A DNA stretch of 64,000 nucleotides, taken from NCBI GenBank assembly GCA_965235115.1, contig OZ249436.1, forward strand, positions 59,954,001 to 60,018,000, in the 5' to 3' direction. Made by a program: the position numbers and the translations under genes. The DNA is from Laetmonice hystrix. Its lineage: Eukaryota. The notes beneath the pieces were generated by a model. The model was not told the DNA's origin. It made no database searches and saw only the letters and a list, made by a program, of their open reading frames with translations. How positions within the stretch are numbered: position 1 is the stretch's first letter; each line of letters starts with the position of its first letter. This document shows positions 10,502-23,129 of the stretch, piece after piece.

Positions 10502-13500
10502 GTTATATTTAGATATAAAGGTGATGTTTGATGTCCGTTCACTGACTAGAATGCCTTTCAGGAACTCGAAACCTTCAACGTTCATTCCATGAGCAGGTAG
10601 TTAATGTAATATGTTATATTTAGATGAATATAAAGGTGATATTTGATGTCCGTTCACTGACTAGAACCTTATGGTGCTGATGCTCCCTGGTTGGGAAGAA
10701 GGTGCAGTATACAGTATTTTACACAGAATAGTTGAATAGGCTCCCCAGAAATAATTAATTTAAGTATTTTTTTGCATTGCTTTTAGATATTAAAGATATT
10801 AGACGCAGAACATGTTTGAGATCACGATACCAAGAATGTCAGTGTGGAATTAGTTAACAATAGCGTAGGTAGAGTAGGGAGAAGATTGATTTCACAAACG
10901 ACCACTTCATTACATTGAAGTACTCTTTCAGCTCTTTCAGCTCTTTCAGGGTAGTATTGTGTGACAGGATCATAGATCTTTTTTCATTTTATTCGAAATC
11001 GTTGTAACGCAAATTGGACGGACACAAAGGACAAGCGTCAGATACGATAGAATTTTTGTTTTAAGTGTTTCTAAACATGCCTGTAATTTTCCTTTAACTA
11101 CTTTTCCTTCTTTTTGAGCGTTTGCATGCACTTGTACAATGAAGCTATTAATTTCAGCTACCATTATGACAGTGAATTTTAATAGGCTGGGTAAAGAACC
11201 TTAGAGTTTTCCCTTTCTTTAGCCTTTATGCGCTACACCAAAAAATTGCGTAACACCGGTGCTTCTTGATACATGATGTGTGGTTCATAATGCCATGTAC
11301 GAGTCTTTGTCAAGGAGTTGACCAGTCTGTGATACCCATCGAACTACAGTTAATTGACCACACGATTCGCTCTTGTTTCTGCATTCTGCATGTAATAGAT
11401 GTTTGAGATAGTTCAGTCTGGAAGTTGAATTGTATGAAACCACTGCGAGTCACTGCCTCAGTTGCCGCACGTGATGACAAAGTTGAAGAAGGCTCGGGGT
11501 TCCCCGCTATTGCACCAGTGGTCCATTTGACCCAAGTTGCAGCACAGTTGGAGCTGCAGGCCTGTGAGATATTGAGACCGACTGAAGCCGACAAGACATT
11601 CATCAGCGGCTATTGTACTATTCTTCGCGATGTCGGTGCTAGAAACGAGGGCGTCATCAGATTGGGACAGAGTGGAGTTGGAGGAGGGGGTAGGGTAGGT
11701 CCAGCAATGCCGACATTCTTTAGTTCTGTCGTGGTTGAGAAGCAGGCTTGCCACGTCAGCGAGACGTTCGTATTTTACGGCTGAGCCAAGGCCTGTTCCG
11801 GTGTAAGCAGGACTGTGCTCGTCTGTGGTTGCCAACTTGTCGGAAAACAAAAATACATGTGAAAGAATATTATTATTATTTTGATTTCTTTCTCATTTCA
11901 GTTACAGTAATGTTTTAATGGAATGTAACGCTGACTTTATAATTGATTTTATCAAGGATCTGGAGGACTTTGACGTCAACAAAGGAACATAGAAAGCACC
12001 TAGATTTTTACAAATGCCAGTAGAAGCTATTCGGAAAAGATATGACTGTGTCCGAGGTCTACTTTACAATGTTAAACCAAATACGGGTGTACTGAAATCA
12101 AGTACAAAAATATATCACCAGCTTCGTAATAACTGTGTGGTTTTGTACATTTTTCCATTGATACCGAATCTGAGAGGAGGAACATTGCTGTGCTAGCGTT
12201 GCGGCTTTCAAGTGGAAAAACACATGTCGCCAAGCGCAAACAGTGTAAATGGCGGAGTGTGCAGGATTGAAACCATGATGGGCAGAAGGTCATGACGACA
12301 GTGTGCCGTTTAGTGGCAGAATCATGTAGGCCTACATTGACAGCCCAAGTTTGGAGAGCACTTCCGACATAACGTGCAGGGTCGACCTACTTATTTGATC
12401 GCCGGGCACTTGCGGCTGTGAATGACAACAGTGTTAGCTTGGGCGGTTCGATCCACTGGGAGTGGGTGTGAAGTTGATGGAGGCGACGCTTGCATGTTGG
12501 GGTTGGTGGGTTGGGTTTGGGGCGGGGCTATGACGGCCGGTCGGCGGCGGTTTGCCCTGTGGCCCTCCTGTCCGGTCTGTCAAACGGCGCCCAATATCAC
12601 TGCCCCCGTTTGTAACCTTTCACAACTGGACACAATCTCTCTTATGTCGTGTCATTCTGACGGCAAGCAAGATGTCCATCACACGTGAGCCGCGTCGGGA
12701 AATGACTTTAGTAAGCAGGGTGCGTCTTGCCACTGGTTCCACCTGGAGTACTTAAAACTGATTGCCCTCCACATAGGGGCACGGTTCATTCAGGCCACAT
12801 AGCGGCCTGTGTTTTAGGGAGTGAACCTTATCCATTGATTTGTGTCTTCAGAACTTGTGTAATCAGAAAACCTAAGAAAATTTACTTTTCATTGTACAGT
12901 GTATTTCTGGATTTGAGTATTAGGCTGAAATGGTTAGGTGTTGTAAGACACCTAGCGGGGAAAGAGTCATATCGTCCACCGGGGGGGGGGGGGGGGGGGG
13001 GCGGGGCAATGACCAGCAATTAGCACAATGCAAATTACCAGACATTGCAGTTTTTGACATGCAGTTTTTAAAATTGCACTATTTTTAGACGTTTGGACCT
13101 ATTTATAATCTCAAATTTGAACCACATGTCACAATTAAGCATATGATATCATGTGCCAAATATTATGACATTCGTGTAAAAATGATAGAAGTTGCAGTCA
13201 AGAAAAAGAGTGTTCCAGTTTTTTCTGGCCCACCCGATATATGTTACCATGTTTATTTATACGTGATTTACGATAAAGTTATTTAAAAGTTAAGATGTAC
13301 TTTTGCATCTTTCAAGTATGTTTCACTTCCTAATACTGTGTATTATTATTAATATGAACAGCTCCTTGCATGCGGTGTGTAAAGATGGTCATTTTAGATA
13401 GCTATACGAGGAAATTATTGATGGAAATCTTGAGTGTGATACCAAGAAGTGCAATGTAAATCACAAGCCTCCATTTGATAACAGTATCCATTAGTAGCGT

Positions 13501-16500
13501 TAGCTCCATAAGCTGGGAAGCAGAGGGGTAGATTTCATTCATAGATACACTACGGTAGCGTGTCACAGGTGTCTGTCCCTGTGAGATCATGAGTAGAAAT
13601 GTCTGCCCCTGGCCGAGAAACGAGCCGGTGGTCCTGAAGGAATTTGCATTCAGAATGTGACGGTTGCCGTCACTGACGGGGCGCTGTTGATGGATAGAGT
13701 ACTGGTGTTGTTCAGTGGCAGCATGATCTTGTTAGAGCAAGTTACAGCGGAGGGTTGGGACCACCAGCCCGGTCTTGCTCCAGTCACACTGCCTCCTCTT
13801 AAGGCAGGCTATACACTCCCTAATCTTGGTACCTCGTGAGAGCATTATAAGTTGAGATCTTTTTCCGACTTACTGATCATTGCCACTAAGGTAGTTTGCG
13901 GAAGCTTATTTTGATTTGATGACTCCTGGGTGTTGTAAAATATATGGTGAAGTACCTCAGTGGTTTGGCTGTGGTAAAAAAATAGACTATTCACGGTACC
14001 GTTATTCTTTAAGGAATAATATGTTAAATATTTTTTAATGCAAAGATGTATATATTAGCTAAAATATATTCATGCTGAAAAATCGATATAACATTTGTCT
14101 AACCGACGTTTTAGGTGTACATATATATTCACGAATAAATTATTTCTCCGATAGAAATAATTTACCATTTTATGCTTTTTAGGACTGAAACTTCCGCCTA
14201 AAACCAAAATCTACAGCTTATAAATGCTGATTTTTTTCATTGCTTTATTCATACTGGGAAAATTATCGGTACATCTATGGGATACCGCTTGTCAATACTG
14301 CCCAGTTCAAAAAGTTACAATTGATCAACTTTACAATTTATAATTTTAAAAAATGACGCTAACAGGAATACATGAGAACATTGTAATGGTGGAATGGAAT
14401 GGTAATGAAAAATGATCCGTGGAAAGACATAGATTAGAACGTACAGCAGTGTCGATCTGAGAAAGTAATGTCCCTGCTCATAGGTAAACATGGCATCAGG
14501 CAGTAGGACTAATTTGTTGGCAATCGCAGGTGTTACCAGGTATTGCCAACCTTCATCCGGCACACTAAATGAGTAAACGTCTCGGTTTCCCTAGAGCCGG
14601 TTATTGCGTGCTTGCCACGTGGACGGCTGCAAAGCTGCCTGCTTGTTTTTAGTAGGTTTGAACTAAGGACTGTGACGCTATAGGTGCGATGAGATGAGGA
14701 TCCAGTGTACTGAACGTGTGACCGTGAGCGATGAAACCACACATATACCCGGTCTCCCAATAGGTTTACTCTCTGAGAAATATCGATCGGCGTGTGGTGT
14801 TAGAGAGCAGGTGCATACATACATGTGAACATATGAATACAGAATCTTACCTGCCGCTTGGCCAGCGCCTCAGGGGCAGTTCTCTCTGACGTTGGACAGC
14901 TGAGGTCCACTCTAACAACTCCCTATGTGGATTAAATTTTTATAAGATCTAAACTCCCTCCTCCTCCTCCCACCCCCTTCCCACCCCCAATATGGGAAAA
15001 TAGGAACTGGTGGTTTTTTCCTCACAATTCATCCATTTTATATAGTAATTTAACACCTCGTCATGTTTTTTTTTAGATCGTGTGAAATGCGTTCGGAAAT
15101 CAAAACCGTTCGTTTGTTTAACCAAAAATCGCGCAGTGAACAGAATCTGCCAGGGAACATTTAGAATTATTGACAAAAAGTGGACTCTGTTGTCTCAACA
15201 TAAGTGTATTTCTAACAAGGCAAACAGAGGGCAAATGTACTTTTGAATTATGAATATTCCTACCTGTGTGCTGTTGTATGAACAGGTGTCTAGGTCTAAG
15301 GAAGACTGAAGAGCCTCCTCTCAATTAGTTTATAGATTTCATTGCAAAGGGTATACATGTAGTTGGTTCTTTTGCTTCGTTGTGAGGATCTATAAAAAAT
15401 GTTTTTTTCATCTACAAAATTCCTGTACTTTCCAAGCATCGGCAGCCGCAAATTTGTCGCTTTTACGTTAAATAGCATTAACATAATATCAAGACATGAA
15501 TGGTAATGCCATTTGCATCCTCTTGGAATTTATGTAATTATTTTCGCAAGGGCAGCAACAGCTTGCTGCTATAGTGTAGGAGACGGGTCGGTGTATGGAG
15601 CCAATTGGTTGTGGGAGATTTCCTTGACGTGACCCAGTTTAATCGGACAGCCAGTTGATGATGGCCCCGTACTGGCGGGGCCGATAGGAATCAGGGTTAT
15701 AGTAGTAAACTGAAGGCGATGAAGGCATTGATCTGGGCAGGTGTCAGCCTGAGGATCTGAGGCCGTACTCGGTGAGGGTGCCTGGCAGCGGCCTGCATGT
15801 GTCTGAGAGGTGTGGTTGGAGGGGGGAGGGGATGGATGGAGAAGGGAGGAAAGGTCATTGATTATTGCAGCTGGTGGTCGGCACCAGATTCCCGTGAAAA
15901 TGACCATGTCAAGGTTCTCACCTCGTGAGTTATTGTGTCATCATTGTTTGTAATGACACGTTGACAGCGGGTTGGAAATGATGGTCCCTGCCTTAAGTCG
16001 GTGTTTGATGTCTGTGAGTAATGGCCATTATATATGGGTACCAACCAATGGCATGTTTGTTCAGTGGTGCACAGCTAAAGAAATTTGCAGCTATAAATCA
16101 CGAGCAGGTAGAAGAGAGAGGTATGCTGATAACGGCTGAGTCTGACAGCAGTTTTGTCGCCAAAACGCCTTAACTGTGAGAAATGCTCACCAAAGCATTC
16201 AGAGCATTTTTGTGATAAGATCGAGAAGGTGCTCTTGTGAGAAGGTGCGATCAAAGTAGCTTTTCTCGTAGTCGACCATTGTTAAGTTTTGTTATACTGT
16301 AATAAAAGGATCCCATTCACAGACATCTTATAGTTATTTTTTGCTTTCCCCATCCGGAGAAAAATAGGACCTATGCAGACAAAAGAAAGTAAAACATCAG
16401 TTAAACGGATCATATATTCCAGTTCGTACGTATGTTGGAAATCCCAGAAATGCATACATTGGAAATGTATTCCTTGTTCATGTATTAGTCATCCATATGT

Positions 16501-19500
16501 GGTTACTGGGTTTCTAGAATGCAGGTCAATTTGTGTCCTTCAGAACGATTACAACTCCCTTAATTGCACATCTCCGCAGCCCAAAGAGTGGGACATCATC
16601 TCGCAAGTTGAGACATATTTGACTTAAGTGCACAGTTACTTCATACACAGGGTGTCGACTAGGGGAAAAGTAATTTGAGAGGAATATTGAAGCATTTGGC
16701 CATGAAGGTAGTACGAAAACGGTGGTAAATGTTAATTTACTTCAGATCGTACGATTGCAAATAGCGTTGCCGGGAACGCCCGCTCATAGCCGACAAAAAG
16801 CGTGACTCACTTTATCAGGAAACTGCATCTGTTAACCTCATTCATTCGTCGGGGATATCAGCGAGAATGTGGTCGAAGTTAAACCACCTAATGATGTCCT
16901 CTCGGATCCTTGTAAATGGCCCGGTCCCGAGTGCACCCTCCCCTCATTATCACGCTACCACTCGGTTACAATTACTGGCCGGTTAATAGAATTAGAATAC
17001 ATCCAGGGCTGAGATACAGTTGGATGCCTTCACGCTACTGTATTATACCACGCTGTGGATCCGGCATTCTGAGTTCTAACCTTGAGTGTGTCAATCATGG
17101 TTACAAAGTTGAAGATATTAACGGCGTGTTCTCTTAATTAACGTAAACTAGTCATATTTTAGCTGCAGAGAAGTTTCCAATTTGTGTTTATAACGACGTA
17201 ATTATAAGTTGTTATGTTTGTCATTGAAACAAATAAAATACACATCCGGATCCCTTTTTAACCATTGAAGTTACGGTGACAGATTTATATTTCTGAAAGC
17301 TTTCGAAACTGAACAAAAGAGCATGAAACTGACGGCAACTATTGGATTCATAATTATCTTTATTTGAAATGGAATATGAAGGCAACTTGATTATTATTGA
17401 TAACAAATCGACAACTAGTTATTGCATTGAGTGTTAACATTACTATACTCAATTCTTCGGGTCTGAACAAACTTGAGTTCGAAAAGAAGTTGTATTGTGT
17501 AATCAGGCGGAACAGTGACATAAAGTGTACGTCTCGTTGCTGGAGTCCGAGATGACTTTTACAGATTGTGGTTCTGTAACAACGAGACAGTTCATCAGTG
17601 ACTTGTGGCTGATAATCCTTACAGATGGCTTGTCCCCTTCAGATTATCATACAGTGGCCGCCTCATCAGGGATCATACCTTGTACTTTCTGCGATGACCT
17701 AATTTGATTACGCGGAGTTCTACTCTGTAAGAGAACGTCAGAGATAAGAGCAGAATTCATTTACTGGATATCAGTTATCAGCGGCCTGCCAAAAGGTACA
17801 AACAACGGGAGGATAAAGATTGGAATCTGTTCGTTCTGAGTCTGACGTTGACAGTAGTGACTGATGCGGTGCTATCATTGTTGACATTTGGACTAAGGCC
17901 GGCTATCATGGTCAACAACTACCGACGATTGGTGGAAGAGAATGACAGATGAGCGTGACTGAGGTCTGCCATCCGTCAAACCGATACAAATCCTCGAACG
18001 GATCAGATGGATCCAGCAGGCCGGCCCGTCTCAGTCAGTGTGGCTGCGAGCCGCTCTCCACCGCCCACCTCACGGTGTAAGGAACAAGTAACAGGATCTT
18101 GATGGCAAGAAGCAGTTCAAAACAAGGCAACACAATCCATGATCAAGGAATTGTCAAAGAGAATGTTGGACTTCGTTTTAGAAGGATTTTCTGTTAAAAT
18201 ACATCCTACGAACGTGATGCGTAACATTGGTCGTCCGTGGAAAGACTTCGTGGAAATATTCAAACATCGGGAGGCATCTCAACACTGTATCCATACGCCG
18301 TGATGTCATCGTGAAATTCAGAAAACTTTCATATCATTTCAAATGCCCAAGATAACAGTATGTCTTAAGATCTGACGAGCCTGTAACTTGAACCAGGAAG
18401 CTGTATCCCCTTCCCCAGTCGTCCTTCTCATCACAATGATTTTCTAATTAACTCAGAAGATTGTGTTATTTAATTATCTTGTGACCAAGCTAGTGTCTGA
18501 TTAAATGTAAAGAACATGGACCATCTTCAGCATTGAGTGCGCAAACATGAGCCGTTTGTGTCATTATTTGTCGAACGTTGTGAGCAACTCTACTTAATTT
18601 GTGGTCACACGCGGGAAAAAATAATGTAATCTGCATGTGAGTGCATCTTATTCAGCGGCTAATTACATGCCTAGGCCAGAACTTGAGTACTGGTGTCAAT
18701 AAATGGTAGGGTTTGAAGGTTGATGTAATATAGCCCAATATAGTTATTATGATAGGCTGGATTGTTATTGATTATAAACTGTTAAATATTTCAGCTACCG
18801 GAATTTCAATTTAAGACACCGTAGAAACTCGATATATCTGCTTGACTGGTTGTTTTAGACATAAGGGAAAAGAACGTTAAATAAATGCGTATTTCGTAAC
18901 TTCTTGTGGTGATTAAATCATGAAGAACTTGACAAGCATTGCATGACAAATAGACAGAAACCCTCTTGGTTGTACTTATGGGTATGTGAAACATTCCTTT
19001 TTTTGTACTCTGTACTGCATTAATTGTTGCTGGATAAAATAGATGGATAAAATAGAAATAAATTAATATATCATGTAATTTCCCAACATATATTTAGAAC
19101 GGCTATAGTTACATTTTGACATTCTGCATTACCACTCTAAGTTTCAGTGATACAAAAAATGTCTACAGATGAAAAATATCCACATTGATTGGGGGGGGGG
19201 GGGGGGCTAAAAATATTAATCATATTAGTGCGTGTTTCACATACTTGGGCCATAAGAACTGGTGGTTACCGGTATTAGCCAAAATATCTCAGTCGGGCCA
19301 ACATGAACGACTGGCACGACATTGGACGATGGCTGACCAGATGTCTGTCGCGGAGACAGGTGGAAGACTGGGAACGAATGTCTGTCCTTAGCCAGCCGTA
19401 ATGAGTCAGACTGGACCACCTGCCAGCCGCCGGGTCCTGGCTAAAACCACCCCATGCCATAGAGACTCGGCAGTGATGAATGGCGTAAAAATGGTTTAAC

Positions 19501-21031
19501 AAATTAACAGTGTTTAGAATGGTTAATTCTGGCGGGCTTTACTTTGGTAAAATACCCTCTCAACCTGTGATGCCATTAAAAAAATGTCCAACTCCACAAT
19601 TTATGTGCCTTTGGTACGTTACCTTAGACAAACAGATCGCCTCAGGATATAAACAATATGTGTAAATATATGGGTGTTCATGTGGATTGATTGGGCGACA
19701 GTTTGATTAAGGATTTAAGCGAATAGAAATAGTGCAGCCCGCCCGGGCCACCCACCCCACCGGCGTATTGGTCAAGACGGTTGGTAGAATTCTGGTAGAA
19801 GGAGCTAGAGGCTACAGGTGGTACGGGCAGAGTGCATGGGCTTCCGTCCACTCTTGACAGCGACATCTTCTCCGAGATATCTGCAGAGCTCATTGTGTCG
19901 GTCACAAGGAAATGTTCTTACGTTCAATACCGCATGAGGCATGGCATTGGGAGCGACCGTTATGAAAAAGACCTTCTCAGAGGAGCAGACGGAGTGAAGT
20001 TTTGAAAAGGATCTGCATAGGGTTGGGAGGGGTGGGGGTCTGTGCAGCACCAGTCCGTGGAGGGAGGGAGGGAGGGAGGGACACACCGGCTGTGGTATTG
20101 AGCCGCGATCAGTGTCCAATAATGCCCATGTAATGTCGTTACGGCCGCCACGGCCACTTTGGGCAGTGACCACCGAGGCATGGGCACAGGTTAACCCGTA
20201 TTGTGTCTGTGAGCAGACAGGGCAGAGGCCACCCTTGGCCAGAGGTACCAGCTGCACCAACCACTTTGATGGGATGCACCATAGGGCTAGCAGCAGATGG
20301 CCGCCGCCTCGGCCTTTCATCTCCTTGGATTCCTTTGAATTCTCCGAAGATAAATTGGGACAGACACAGTGTGGCTTCTTATAGAAATGTTTCTACATTG
20401 ATTACATCACAGTGTTGTGAACTTGGGCCGTTACCACGGAAACGATGGCGGGATTAGAGTAGGCTAGCTTTCAGCAGCAGCAGCGGTGGTGGTAATAGCA
20501 GTCGCAGTAAAAGTGACAGAGGCTTGAGAGGAAATGCTTATTCGATCATTTGTTGCACTTGTGTCTGCGACAAAAACTGATAATGGCACTATTGTCTCAG
20601 GAGAGGACAGAAGACGCGGACGGGTAGAGAAGTTATTGGGCCCCATAACGCACAGAATATGGCCCTCCCTAAACAGCTATTGATCGAGAAGTTGTATAAT
20701 AATAGACAAGCTGTTTGTTTCCAGCTTTTTGGACACACGTGAAAAGATCACAATGGGAACAGTCGTCTCTTTTTTATTTAGTATGGTTTACGGACTAGTA
20801 GTCCGACCAATGAATGTGTTTGCGCATGCACAGGCATCTTTGTCTGTTTACTGCAGTATAGAATCAGACAGGGCCAACCCATTTTCTGGTCGCTCACCGT
20901 AGCCATTTATTTGGCCTAGTGCCATTCAGTTGTCCAATTCATCTCTGGGTGATATAGCTGTCACATAATGGAATGGTAGTCAGTTTAGTTACGCATGGTC
21001 GGGGGATGGGCAGTGGTCGCTCCAATACCAT

Positions 21032-22425
21032 CTGCTGGTCCCAGACTGTCTGCAGTGGGACCTCTGGTAGCCTTCTGATATCAGACTGTCTGCAGTGGGT
21101 ACCACTGTGGCCGTGGGAGCTCCAGCCTACTGGTCCCAGACTGTCTGCAGTGGGTACCACTGTGGCCGTGGGAGCTCCGAGAGCCTACTGGTCACAGACT
21201 GTCTGCAGTGGGTACCACTGTGGCCGTGGGAGCTCCGAGAGCCTACTGGTCCCAGACTGTCTGCAGTGGGTACCACTGTGGCCGTGGGAGCTCCGAGAGC
21301 CTACTGGTCACAGACTGTCTGCAGTGGGTACCACTGTGGCCGTGGGAGCTCCGAGAGCCTACTGGTCCCAGACTGTCTGCAGTGGGTACCACTGTGGCCG
21401 TGGGAGCTCCAAGAGCCTACTGGTCACAGACTGTCTGCAGTGGGTACCACTGTGGCCGTGGGAGCTCCAGCCTACTGGTCCCAGACTGTCTGCAGTGGGT
21501 ACCACTGTGGCCGTGGGAGCTCCGAGAGCCTACTGGTCCCAGACTGTCTGTAGTGGGTACCACTGTGGCCGTGGGAGCTCCGATAGCCTACTGGTCCCAG
21601 ACTGTCTGTAGTGGGTACCACTGTGGCCGTGGGAGCTCCGATAGCCTACTGGTCACAGACTGTCTGCAGTGGGTACCACTGTGGCCGTGGGAGCTCCGAT
21701 AGCCTACTGGTCCCAGACTGTCTGCAGTGGGTACCACTGTGGCCGTGGGAGCTCCGATAGCCTACTGGTCCCAGACTGTCTGCAGTGGGTACCACTGTGG
21801 CCGTGGGAGCTCCGATAGCCTACTGGTCCCAGACTGTCTGCAGTGGGTACCACTGTGGCCGTGGGAGCTCCAGCCTACTGGTCCCAGACTGTCTGCAGTG
21901 GGTACCACTGTGGCCGTGGGAGCTCCGATAGCCTACTGGTCCCAGACTGTCTGCAGTGGGTACCACTGTGGCCGTGGGAGCTCCGATAGCCTACTGGTCC
22001 CAGACTGTCTGCAGTGGGTACCACTGTGGCCGTGGGAGCTCCAGCCTACTGGTCCCAGACTGTCTGCAGTGGGTACCACTGTGGCCGTGGGAGCTCCGAT
22101 AGCCTACTGGTCCCAGACTGTCTGCAGTGGGTACCACTGTGGCCGTGGGAGCTCCGATAGCCTACTGGTCCCAGACTGTCTGCAGTGGGTACCACTATGG
22201 CCGTGGGAGCTCCGAGAGCCTACTGGTCCCAGACTGTCTGCAGTGGGTACCACTGTGGCCGTGGGAGCTCCGCTAGCCTACTGGTCCCAGACTGTCTGCA
22301 GTGGTTACCACTGTGGCCGTGGGAGCGCCGATAGCCTACTGGTCCCAGACTGTCTGCAGTGGTTACCACTGTGGCCGTGGGAGCTCCGATAGCCTACTGG
22401 TCCCAGATTGTCTGTAGTGGGTACC
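21032..22425. repeat. 58-bp minisatellite, about 24 copies, with 55-bp variants
   Basis: Unit CCTACTGGTC(C/A)CAGACTGTCTGCAGTGGGTACCACTGTGGCCGTGGGAGCTCCGA(G/T)AG. There are 23 unit starts from 21126 to 22393 plus degenerate 5' copies. The 3-bp-deleted units precede 21126, 21471, 21874 and 22045. The array explains the ORFs at 20973-22392. Confidence 0.98.
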
Positions 22426-23129
22426 TTGCCAATCCCGCCATCTCTGGCAAAGCGATTGCATGATCGCACATTAAATTACCGCTATCCATTTCTAATGTGC
22501 ATGAGATCGGGATACATTGTACTGTACCACTGCAGGTCAGACACGGTGTATAAGCGACGGCAGAACCAGTTTCTCTATCTTTTGTCGAATATTCCTGTTT
22601 CTCCACTGTTGCCAGGTCATTTAAGATTCAAAGGCGAACGTTTGTAAACCATTCATATAAAAAGAAGTGCATATATGCATAGGGGAGTTTGTTATGGCAA
22701 GGTGCTCACAGGGTACAGGGATATTTCAATTCATCTGACACTGTCACTAGTGTCAGTTGTTTGAATTTGCTGCAGTACTGATTCACCCTCGCCTGGAGTG
22801 TCATGGCCATCTTCCAAACGTTACTCATCATCATCTTGAGTCAGAGCACCGATCTTTATATCGGATATTAGCTGTCTAAACCGATTCCCAATGGATTCTT
22901 GTTTGAGTGGCATGCCCTGTAGAAATAATGCTGCCGAATCCGTGCATCTCCTGGCCATAGATTCATACCGAGAGAGCCGACCTGGCTTCCTCCTCAGTCC
23001 TGCAGCTATATCCTGTTGATCAGGCCACACTCAGGGACCCGGCTTGAGGCGCTCACTGGAATCAACCCCAGTGGAACCCGATGCCTAAGTGGTAACTACG
23101 AGATATACGTTTATCATTCAGTCCAGAGG

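Larger units (their letters stand above)
10100..10672. repeat. Local tandem duplication with block order A-[insert]-B-A'-B'
   Basis: Block A (10100-10162) matches A' (10554-10616), cctttcaggaact.gaaaccttcaac.ttcatt.catgagcaggtagttaatgtaatatgtta. Block B (10502-10551) matches B' (10613-10666), gttatatttag..tataaaggtgat.tttgatgtccgttcactgactagaa. Confidence 0.9.

Noticed and set aside
19805-20320. 171-aa minus ORF with SVCSSEKVF resembling the hAT dimerisation motif
   Set aside because: One short motif in low-complexity sequence with no supporting hAT residues.
20973-22392. ORFs of 152-221 aa, and a CRISPR-like look of the array
   Set aside because: They are products of the 58-bp minisatellite. 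The units abut with no unique spacers, no cas genes are present, and the DNA is eukaryotic.
22821-23030. Minus-strand FRQLISDIKIGALTQDD resembling a PIF1/Helitron helicase segment
   Set aside because: No other helicase motifs line up, so it is a single short resemblance.
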